A DNA stretch of 24,000 bases from Mycoplasma wenyonii (GTDB lineage Bacteria > Bacillota_I > Bacilli_A > Mycoplasmatales > Mycoplasmoidaceae). The DNA is taken from positions 1 through 24,000 of the forward strand of contig NZ_QKVO01000002.1 in assembly GCF_003265155.1 (NCBI RefSeq), in the 5' to 3' direction. Within the stretch, counting starts at the first letter, position 1; every line of letters begins with the position of its first letter. Positions 1 through 7,842 of this stretch are shown in pieces. Below the pieces are notes generated by a model. The model saw only the letters and a list, made by a program, of their open reading frames with translations, searched no databases and was not told where the DNA came from. The position numbers and the translations under genes were made by a program.

Positions 1-494
1 CAAAAGGAAGACGACAATGTGATATAGAAATCGAGGGCGAGAAAAGATTTATTCTAGAGATTCATCCCTCCCTATCCTTTAAGAGTGATGTGAAAGCTGG
101 GATAGCATCTGATGATCTCTATTTAAAGGGCCGAGGTTATGTTGGTAATGAGTCTGTTAATTTTGAGGAGACAATTCTTGGGAGAGGTCACAGAAGTGGA
201 GGTGAAAATCGTTGACAGTTAAAGGTATTTAAATCCGGAACAACTAGGCTTGGTGAACTTAGTGGTGGTGAGGGGATAGATTATGGTGATGACGACATTG
301 AGTGTGGTAAGGACTGATTTATAGTTGAGAAACCTACTTATGAAGGGGAAGGGGATTGAGAAAAAGCTGTTTCAAAGGTTACTTTTAAGCTGGCAAACTG
401 TACTGATATAGCAAAAGGTAGAAAAGAATGTGAGATAAAAATCGCGAAAGAAAAATTTATTTTGAAGAAGAAAATCTCTTTCTTAAGCCTTTAA
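1..494 (+). CDS. Repeat-module protein, 5'-partial (end of module 0, linker, module 1); frame 3, TAA at 492-494
   Basis: Table-4 translation is open from the window edge: ..KGRRQCDIEIEGEKRFILEIHPSLSFKSDVKAGIASDDLYLKGRGYVGNESVNFEETILGRGHRSGGENRWQLKVFKSGTTRLGELSGGEGIDYGDDDIECGKDWFIVEKPTYEGEGDWEKAVSKVTFKLANCTDIAKGRKECEIKIAKEKFILKKKISFLSL*. In-frame TGA at 213, 315, 357. Confidence 0.6.
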
Positions 495-501
495 GAGTGG
501 T

Positions 502-915
502 GTGGGGGAAGGAGAACCTAAGGAGGGAGAAGTGCAAGATCTCTATTTAAGAGGTGAAGGTTATGATTCCGAGGGCAAGGCAATTGATTTTGATGAAAAG
601 ATTGTTTGGGCGGGGCACGGCTCTGGGAGAGGTGAGCTTCGTTGACAATTGACAGTTTATGAGTCCGGAAATTTTAAGTTAGGTGAGCTTGGTGGAGGGG
701 ATGGAATGAATGCTCCTGATGACAAAATTAACTGTGATAGGAAAGGAATATTTGAAGAGAATGGAGAAGAGGGATGATTTGGGGGAGCTGATCAATGAGA
801 AAAAGCTGTTAATTCAATTAAGTTCAAGCTCACTAATTGTGGGAACGCTGGAGGAAGACGACGATGTGATATAGAAATCTCGGAAGTAAAAAATTTACTA
901 ATTAAAAGATACTAG
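502..915 (+). CDS. Repeat-module ORF (module 2); frame 1 opens at 487, first canonical start GTG 502, TAG at 913-915; possibly a silent cassette rather than an independent gene
   Basis: AFKSGVGEGEPKEGEVQDLYLRGEGYDSEGKAIDFDEKIVWAGHGSGRGELRWQLTVYESGNFKLGELGGGDGMNAPDDKINCDRKGIFEENGEEGWFGGADQWEKAVNSIKFKLTNCGNAGGRRRCDIEISEVKNLLIKRY*. Homology to the other modules begins upstream of the GTG. Confidence 0.45.
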
Positions 916-1314
916 TCTTCTCTAGCCTTTAAGAGTGAGTGGTCAGGGATAGCACAAAATGATCTCTATTTAAAAGGCCTAAGTACTAAGACTGGGGCTG
1001 AAGTTAATTGGGATGAGAAAGTTGAATTCGGGGTAGGGGGTACTAACAAATGACAATTGAGTGTCATTGAAAATGGTGAGACCGAAATAATTGACCTAGG
1101 TGAAGCTTCAACAGGTTGAGGGGAAGCAGAAACATTTAATTGTGACCCGCAGAACGTCTTTAAAGTTACACAGCCAACTTATGGGCGGGAGACCTGAGAG
1201 GGGAAGAAATGAGTAAGGAGTGCTTCAAAAATCAAGTTCAAACTCGCTGATAATTGTACTAAAACGAAAGGAAGAGTAGAGTGTGATATAGAAATCGCGA
1301 GCGGGGAAATTTAA
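916..1314 (+). pseudogene. Repeat-module ORF (module 3), same frame as module 2 directly after the TAG; no ATG/GTG/TTG near its 5' end; TAA at 1312-1314
   Basis: SSLAFKSEWSGIAQNDLYLKGLSTKTGAEVNWDEKVEFGVGGTNKWQLSVIENGETEIIDLGEASTGWGEAETFNCDPQNVFKVTQPTYGRETWEGKKWVRSASKIKFKLADNCTKTKGRVECDIEIASGEI*. Only ATA (949) or TTA (970) could act as table-4 starts. Confidence 0.4.
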
Positions 1315-1324
1315 TTTATTTAAT

Positions 1325-1768
1325 TTGAAAAATCCATCTCTTCTAGCCTTTAAGAGTGGTGTGCAAGATGAAGCTCCTAGTGATGGAGAGAAAGATGATC
1401 TCTATTTAAAAGGCTTAGGTTATGCTGGCGGGGAGAGAGTTGATTTTGATGAGACTTACGAAGAGGAAGGGGGTGATGGGGAAAAGAGAACGCACCTTTG
1501 ACAATTGATTGTTTTTAAAGATACAGGGACGACTAAGGCGCAGACTATTCATAGTGGATTGGATTGGGGTGGTCGCGACGATGAACAGGGGACTTGTGAT
1601 AAGGGCTGGTTTGAAGTTGAAAAGCCTAAATTTGGAAGTACGGATATGTGACAAGAAGCTGTTGCAAAAGTGAGGTTCAAGCTAAGTAAATGTAGTAATG
1701 CGGGAGGTAGAAGAGAATGTGATATAGAAATCGCGGATTCAGTTGGATTAAAAGAATCTAGTTCCTAA
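1325..1768 (+). CDS. Repeat-module ORF (module 4, last unit); frame 2 opens at 1292, TTG 1325 is the first canonical start, TAA at 1766-1768
   Basis: ..KFNLFNLKNPSLLAFKSGVQDEAPSDGEKDDLYLKGLGYAGGERVDFDETYEEEGGDGEKRTHLWQLIVFKDTGTTKAQTIHSGLDWGGRDDEQGTCDKGWFEVEKPKFGSTDMWQEAVAKVRFKLSKCSNAGGRRECDIEIADSVGLKESSS*. Confidence 0.45.
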
Positions 1769-1775
1769 ATAATTA

Positions 1776-2344
1776 CTATCTCAAATAACCTATTTTTCAT
1801 AAAGAGGTTTTGTATTTATCTTTAGTCATCTCACTTCCAGTCATCTTTTTAACTACTAGATTACAAGTGGTTCCAGTTCCGCAAGGCAATTGACCCACAC
1901 ATTCAGATGTTCCTTTTTTCTTACAGAATGTAATCTCAGGCTTAGAATCACTTGACTTAGTCAATTTCAAAAGACCTAAAGGTCCTGAATTACCAGCCAT
2001 ATACCACAATTTCTTTGTATCTTTATCAGTTATATAAATTTTTCTACTAGTATCTTTATCTATTATTTCTTGAGGAAATTCAACTAATTTTTCATTGCTA
2101 GAGCTACTAGAAGAAGTAATACTAGCTAAAGATACTCATAAATTACAGATTCATATGTCTGTTCCTTGTTTATTTGCCGTTAAGCCACAAACTCACTCAC
2201 CATCACTAACTTTTTTTCTAAAAGTACTTTTAAAATCTCAAGAAGGATCAGTAAATCTAGATATTATGTAACCAGTTCCTATGCCCCCCCCGCAATAGCA
2301 GTTACAGCCACAGATGAAGAAAAAGCAAATAACTTAGAAACCAT
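1776..2344 (-). CDS. Signal-peptide/membrane-anchored Cys-containing protein, frameshifted at a G8 tract (phase OFF as sequenced); ~189 aa if the tract had 9 (or 6) G
   Basis: ATG at 2344 preceded by AGGAA. MVSKLFAFSSSVAVTAIAGGA then TAG with 8 G. The +1 frame is open (table 4) for all ~169 codons from the tract to TAG 1776-1778, and the first ~95 of these precede any ATG/GTG/TTG: ..GIGTGYIISRFTDPSWDFKSTFRKKVSDGEWVCGLTANKQGTDIWICNLWVSLASITSSSSSSNEKLVEFPQEIIDKDTSRKIYITDKDTKKLWYMAGNSGPLGLLKLTKSSDSKPEITFCKKKGTSECVGQLPCGTGTTCNLVVKKMTGSEMTKDKYKTSLWKIGYLR*. Confidence 0.6.
2284..2291 (-). repeat. Homopolymer C8 (+ strand) = G8 on the coding strand, codons 18-21 of the 1776-2344 gene; candidate slipped-strand phase-variation tract
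   Basis: Read directly: atg ccccccc|c gcaat at 2281-2295. It sits at the end of the signal-peptide coding segment, and a 1-nt length change restores the long ORF. Confidence 0.6.
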
Positions 2345-2436
2345 TTACTGGTTTCCTAGTTGCTGAAAAGAATTACCTAAATTTTATTTTTGAATTAACT
2401 ACTCTACAACTCTTTACCTAAGTACTCACAAAAGAT

Positions 2437-3024
2437 CTAAATTAAGAAGATTGCTTTAGGTTTAAAGTTAGGCTTTCATCCTAATCCAACTTCCTTAGAG
2501 ATATTTATCTCACATTCTTCTTTTCCCGATATCTCCTTACAGTTATCCAAAGTTAACTTAATCTTGTTAAATCCTTTATCAAAATGTTTATCTGCCTCCT
2601 TTGTTACTTCCAATACATCTTCATTACAAAATAGATTCTGATCATCATAGTTGTCTTCACCCATCCCTCCACTTAATGGAGCTATTCTTACTTTCTTTGA
2701 TACAGGAAAAATGGATAGTTCTCATGATGAATCTCTTGCTGTAATAATGTCTTCTAAACCAACATCTGTCTGTCTTTGTTGATCAAATCCTTTCCAATGT
2801 AGTTCTTTCTTTCCATCAGCCCCTAACTTGTAAATCAAAGACACATCAATAACATTAGAGCCAACGCTCTTGCAAGTAAGAATGGGAAGAGAAACTTGCC
2901 CTGCCCCTTCAAACACAAATGTGCCACGATCTACTTTCTTCCCCTTCATTAACTCATAAGCTACAGGAAGCCCACAACCAACACACACAGCCCCTCCTGC
3001 CATCAACAGCTTAGGAAGAAACAA
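2437..3024 (-). CDS. Secreted or membrane-anchored paralogue of the cassette module (195 aa), N-terminal hydrophobic signal with non-canonical lipobox-like AVCVGC
   Basis: TTG start 3024 (alternative ATG 3003). MFLPKLLMAGGAVCVGCGLPVAYELMKGKKVDRGTFVFEGAGQVSLPILTCKSVGSNVIDVSLIYKLGADGKKELHWKGFDQQRQTDVGLEDIITARDSSWELSIFPVSKKVRIAPLSGGMGEDNYDDQNLFCNEDVLEVTKEADKHFDKGFNKIKLTLDNCKEISGKEECEINISKEVGLGWKPNFKPKAIFLI*. It aligns to the array module along its whole length (ILTCKS/SLAFKS, SWEL/RWQL, LSGG.G, DD..C, KL.L.NC....ECEI.I). Two in-frame TGA; TAG at 2437-2439. Confidence 0.75.
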
Positions 3025-3066
3025 AACTAACTCTTGACTTTAAAAGTTAAACCTTAAATATCTTAA

Positions 3067-5484
3067 CTATTTATTAGAAAACAACTCTTTATACAGTTCT
3101 GAATAGTGTCTAATAGGTCTTAGTCTAATCTTTTCAAGTATTTCTTTAGGAATATCATCCAAGTGTCTTTCACTCTCTTTAGGATAGAAGATAGTATCTA
3201 CTCCTCCTCTAACAGCAGAGATAACCTTTTCTCTTAATCCTCCTATAGGCAATACCTTACCTCTAAGAGTCATCTCTCCAGTCATAGCTATATTGCTAGG
3301 AATAGGTACCTTTCTAAAGGCTGACAACATAGCTGTAGTGATAGTAATCCCAGCTGAAGGACCATCTTTCGGTATCCCTCCAGTTGGCACATGTAAGTTA
3401 ATGTCTATATCTGATCATTTAGTATCGTTTAACTTAAATTCACTTTCATTTGCCTTAATGTAAGAAAGTGCAACGTTAGCAGACTCTTTCATAGTATCTC
3501 TTAAGTTACCAGTAAGAATTAAATTGCCTTTTCCAGAGTAGTAATTTATCTCTACTGGAAGAAGATCTCCTCCATAATCTGTATAGGCCATTCCATTAAC
3601 CACTCCAGGTATAGATAATTCATCTTTAACTGTATGTTCATACTTCTCTTTGGAAAGATACTCCCTAACTATTTCTACATCAACATTCAAAGATACAAAG
3701 TCTTTATCTAGTTCTTGTTTTTGAATAAACTTTCTAGCTATTTGAGATAAAGATTGTTTCAACGCTCTCACCCCAGCCTCTCTGGTGTATCTCTGAATGA
3801 TGTAGGTAACTGCCTCATCAGTGAAGGTTAGTTCTGTGTCTTTTAACCCATGCTCTTCTAGCACTTCAGCTATTAAACCATTCTTAGCAATTTCTAGTTT
3901 TTCTCTTTCAGTGTAAGAAGATAACTTAATGATCTCTAATCTATCTAATAATGCTTCAGGTATATTGTCTTCATAATTGGCTGTAGCTATAAACATAACC
4001 TTTGAAAGATCTACTTCTTCTTCTATATAGTTATCTACAAATTGATGGTTTTGCTTAGGATCTAGTACTTCTAGTAAAGCTGATATAGGATCCCCATGAC
4101 TGCTACTTACTATCTTGTCAATCTCATCTAGTATGAATACAGGATTATTTACCTTTGCTTGTTTCAATCCTTTAATGATTCTTCCTGGCATAGCTCCAAC
4201 ATAGGTTTTTCTATGCCCTCTAATCTCAGCTTCATCGCTCAAACCTCCAAGAGAGATCTTTACACACTCCCTATTAAGACCTTTAGCTATTGATTGAGCT
4301 AATGAGGTTTTACCTACTCCTGGAGGTCCAGAAAGACAGATAATTGTTCCTTGTAGATTCTTTGTTTTCTTCTGAACAGCAACAAACTCAAGTATTCTTT
4401 CCTTGGGCTTATCTAAACCATGGTGATTCTTATCTAACTCTTTCTTAACCTTTGAAATAGTCTTTTGGTCTTTAGAGCTTCTTTCTCAAGGTAAAGCAAC
4501 TAACCAATTTAGATAAGAGTGAATAATCAAGCTCTCATTAGTTGAAATGACACTAGTGTACTCTAACTTCTTTAATTCCTCTTTAACTCTTTCTTTAACA
4601 TTGTGAGGGGCATCCACCATCTTTATTCAATCCTTGAATTTCTTTAGCTCTCCATCTCTAGAAAGACCTTCTCCTAACTCTTCTCTAATTACCTTTATTC
4701 TTTCTCTAAGATAGAACTCTCTTTGTTGCCTAGAGATGTTTCTATTTACCTTCTTTGAAATAGAACTATTGATCTCATCTTTTTCTGCCTCTGTTAGGTA
4801 TTCATAATCAAGCATTAAGGTAATTCTCTTTGAGAGATTTAGCTCTTCTAATCATTTTTGTTTCAAATCTACTCCATCCCTTTCATTTTGAGGTCAGATA
4901 CTACATAACTTATCTATGAGCTCTACACAAGAATCTTTACTAGAGTTCTCTACTCTCTCTATAGAAAAGAGTTTCTTGATATCTTCATAGTCTTTGCCTT
5001 GTACATCAAATAGTTCTTCAAAGTACTTAATTAGTTGTTCTAGGTCCTTTTTGTTCTTTACGAAGGAGGTGTTCTTTTCCTTAACGAACTCATAGTCTGC
5101 AAATCACATAGGACCCACATGTTCAAACCCAGTACATCTAATTACCTTAGGATCAGAAATTTGTACTCTTTGAATCCCATCTACCTTAGCTGTTATAGAA
5201 CCATCTTTATGTTGCTTAAGAATGCTCACCTTTGAGAGCGTACCAATCCTATATAAATCCGATGGAAGAGGGAAATCTACATCGTAGTCTTTCTGAGCAA
5301 TTACTACTATCTCTCCTTTGTGTTGAGTGAGAGCATAGTTAATGGAAGCTATAGAACACTCTCTACCAACCTCAATAATGTTCTTAGAGTTAGGGAAGAT
5401 AACTATATTTCTAGAAATTAATAGAGGAAGAGAATTATTAGTTACTGGTAGGTTGGTGTTTTCAGTTTCAGTCATACTAACCAT
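3067..5484 (-). CDS. lon: ATP-dependent Lon protease (805 aa)
   Basis: Four track fragments share one frame (ends 3390, 4242, 4815, 5484 all = 0 mod 3), joined only by TGA in the junctions I translated. Walker A GPPGVGKTSLAQSIAKGL, SDEAEIRGHRKTY, conserved LPW with W=TGA at 4486-4488, catalytic-Ser motif PKDGPSAGITI. ATG 5484, TAG 3067-3069. Confidence 0.97.
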
Positions 5485-5520
5485 TTAAGTTAATTCTTTG
5501 AAAAAAGTTCAAAGCTTATT

Positions 5521-5547
5521 TTAGCAGATTAATCTTTTAATTGCTAA
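5521..5547. promoter_or_regulatory. CIRCE-like inverted repeat (HrcA operator type) upstream of lon
   Basis: TTAGCAgat-taatctttt-aatTGCTAA has the 9+9+9 geometry of the CIRCE consensus TTAGCACTC-N9-GAGTGCTAA. The outer 6 nt of each arm match the consensus but the inner 3 nt diverge. It lies 37 nt upstream of the lon ATG. Confidence 0.5.
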
Positions 5548-5701
5548 ATTTACTTTCAAGCTAATATGAAAATAGCTCTTTAAGCAAGCTAAACTTGCAA
5601 ACCAAAAGATAAATTTATAAGTTTAGTAATTCTTAAAAATAAAATCTATATTGGTTTTTTGTTTGTTTTTTATTAAAAAGTAATCTCAATAGATTAGTTA
5701 C

Positions 5702-6142
5702 ATGGTTACAGAAATAAGAGCTTTCTCCAAAAGAAAAAAGAGTAGGGTAAATATCATTCTCACCACGCTCCCAAAAAGTGAGAATCAAGAACACAAACTC
5801 TTAATCTACACCAAAAAAGATGGAGAATACAGAGTAAGTAATCCAGTTGACTACTTCAAAGATGAATACTTAACTCCTATTCTTTTAAGCCCTTTCTCCT
5901 TTCTTCCCTCAAGAGCTTTAGAAGAAAAATACTCTGTAAAGGCTTTTCCTAAAGGAGGAGGGGTTAGCGCGCAGGCTCAAGCGATTGTGCTAGCTATCGC
6001 AAGAGCGCTTCTAAAATACTACCCAGAAATTAGAACTTCACTAAAGAGAGCTAACCTATTAACACAGGACCACAGAATGAAGGAAAGAAAAAAGATAGGT
6101 AAATACAAAGCTAGAAGATCTCCACAATTCACTAAGAGATAA
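5702..6142 (+). CDS. rpsI: 30S ribosomal protein S9
   Basis: 146 aa. [19 protein letters not shown] and the C-terminal [11 protein letters not shown] signature of uS9. Confidence 0.95.
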   Translation: MVTEIRAFSKRKKSRVNIILTTLPKSENQEHKLLIYTKKDGEYRVSNPVDYFKDEYLTPILLSPFSFLPSRALEEKYSVKAFPKGGGVSAQAQAIVLAIARALLKYYPEIRTSLKRANLLTQDHRMKERKKIGKYKARRSPQFTKR

Positions 6143-6987
6143 TGTCTTCAGAACAAGTGAAATTCACTCCCAAGATTGGATTTGGTACCGAATCTCTGAG
6201 AATCATTGAGATACTATCTCCATATCTAAAAGCGGCAAATGATCACAACTATGACTTTGTTGATTGTGGTTGAAAGTATGGAAATGAAGCTATTATTGGA
6301 CTAGCGCTTAGAGGTTTAAAAAGATCAGAACAAAAGTTTGAGTTTCTTCCCTATTTTCAATCAAAAGTGTGACCTTCTCAATTCTCTGGAGGGATTATTA
6401 AGTCTCTTAAGTTCTCCCTAAGCAAGATAGGTGTTGATACAGTAATACATACATACTTCCTTCATAGACCTTCAAATAATATGGAACTAAATCTTTCTGC
6501 CTACAAACAATTAATTTCCTGCAAGAATAATGCTTTAGCAAAGAGAATAGGTCTATGTAACTTTGATAAGGATGTAATTGAATGATTTCATAAGTTAACT
6601 GGAACACTGCCAGATGTTATTCAGTTTGAATGTTCTGTTAACAATATGAGATGAGACAGAATTGCATATTGCAGACAACACAATATTGAAATACAAGGAC
6701 ACACTCCTTTCGGTAACTATGAAAAGAATTCACAAAATCCTGTGTTGCAAGATATGGCTAAGAAATACAATGTTTCTCTTAAGACCTTATTAGTTGCTTA
6801 TCTACTAAATTTAGAAATAGTTCCTGTTGTGGTACCTAGTTCAGAAGACGAAATAGGAGAGATCATTAAAGCTAAAAAAATTAAATTAGATGAAAAAGAT
6901 ATAGAAACCCTAAAACAACTAAATGAATATGACAGTCAAACTTTTGAAACTCTACAAATTGACTATCCACAAGATGAACAAAACTAG
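6142..6987 (+). CDS. Aldo/keto reductase family oxidoreductase (281 aa)
   Basis: ATG 6142 overlaps the rpsI TAA (TAATG). Table-4 ORF with 4 in-frame TGA. AKR landmarks DCGWKYGNE (Asp/Tyr), SKVW (Lys), YFLHRP (His), LCNFD. Confidence 0.85.
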
Positions 6988-6990
6988 TTA

Positions 6991-7311
6991 ATGAGCAAGA
7001 AGATGGAGTTATGCTTTGAAATCAAAAACAAACAATATCTCTGTAATATAGGAGACAAGATCATCTCAGACTTTATAAAGAACACTGACTCAGGAGATGA
7101 ACTTAGTTTCTCTAATGTATTGCTTTACAAAGAAGAAATAGGCAAGCCTTATATTCCTAACCTAGAAGTTAAGTGCAAAGTAGTTAAACAAATAAAACAT
7201 AAGAAACTTCATATCTTACACTTAATTTCTCAAAAGAGACATAGAAAGAGAATGGGTTTCAGAGCTAAACACACTCTTCTGGAAGTTACTGAAGTAAAGA
7301 AGCTGTCCTAG
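6991..7311 (+). CDS. rplU: 50S ribosomal protein L21
   Basis: 106 aa, basic; ..KKLHILHLISQKRHRKRMGFRAKHTLLEVTEV typical of the bL21 C-terminal half. Confidence 0.88.
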   Translation: MSKKMELCFEIKNKQYLCNIGDKIISDFIKNTDSGDELSFSNVLLYKEEIGKPYIPNLEVKCKVVKQIKHKKLHILHLISQKRHRKRMGFRAKHTLLEVTEVKKLS

Positions 7312-7316
7312 TTTAA

Positions 7317-7796
7317 ATGTTCAAGACAAAAAAAGACGAGGCCCCTCTAAATACCAAAAACGTTGTATATAGATACTTCTTTTCAGGTACTTATGTTGAA
7401 AGAATGGATAACAAAAACAGAATAGCTATCCCTATTCCTTGAAGACATATTCTTAGAGATAAAGTCATTGTCACAAAAAACACTAATGTAGGTTGTTTAG
7501 TTGTATGAACTGTTGGTTTCTTTCAGTGATACGCTAACTCCAAAATCGAATCATGTGCCTCTGAACAAGAAAAACAACAAGTTAAGAGAATGTTTATTGG
7601 TAGCGCTAGAACGATAGATATTGATGCAAAGTCGAGAATGTGCCTTCCAGAAGATCTATTGACTATGCTTGTTCAACAAGATAACTATCTTTACTTTGTT
7701 GGTACTGGAGACTATATAGAGATTTGAACCAAAGAAATGTTTGAGAGCTGAAAATCCCAACAAATGCCTAAAGACTATAAAAACGAAGATCTTTAA
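7317..7796 (+). CDS. mraZ: Transcriptional regulator MraZ (159 aa)
   Basis: Two MraZ DxxxR half-sites: MDNKNRIAIP and IDAKSRMCLP. 5 in-frame TGA; ATG 7317, TAA 7794-7796. Confidence 0.92.
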
Positions 7797-7842
7797 TTAG
7801 TCTCTCTCCTGCCCTTAAATGGGCTGGGGAGATACTTAAGAC

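Larger units (their letters stand above)
1..1768 (+). repeat. Tandem array of four complete plus one 5'-truncated coding cassettes (period 411-438 bp), each encoding a ~140-aa Cys-containing module
   Basis: Anchor strings recur periodically: TGTGA(T/G)ATA(G/A)AAATC at 18, 429, 865, 1282, 1718; CCTTTAAGAGTG at 76, 488, 926, 1347; GATCTCTATTTAA at 114, 538, 961, 1397. The window begins inside a unit, so the array continues upstream. It is open only under table 4. Confidence 0.9.

Noticed and set aside
489-494. CTT TAA G at the module 1/2 junction resembles the classic +1 programmed frameshift site of prfB (CUU UGA C); a +1 slip would land in the module 2 frame
   Set aside because: There is no Shine-Dalgarno-like stimulator upstream. 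The other two broken junctions would need different events (a TAG nonsense codon, and a non-cognate slip at ATT TAA). One extra A relative to the sister units explains it more simply. It is kept only as a remote alternative.
913-915. In-frame TAG between modules 2 and 3, and TAG between rpsD and trmK in the same frame, might mean TAG is reassigned
   Set aside because: S4 ends at its normal C-terminus at that TAG. ecfA1 and the helicase also terminate plausibly at TAG, so TAG behaves as a stop.
76-1358. The conserved CCTTTAAGAGTG at the 5' edge of each cassette could be a site-specific recombination site (as with the vrs boxes of M. pulmonis vsa)
   Set aside because: I found no inverted copy (CACTCTTAAAGG) in 1770-3066 near the candidate expressed genes, and no recombinase gene in the window. 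The string is also explained by conserved coding (AFKS). This cannot be excluded genome-wide.
1-1768. The regularly spaced repeats could be a CRISPR array or a non-coding satellite
   Set aside because: The period is 411-438 bp. The units are open reading frames under table 4 with conserved amino-acid motifs, and there are no short identical repeats separated by unique spacers.
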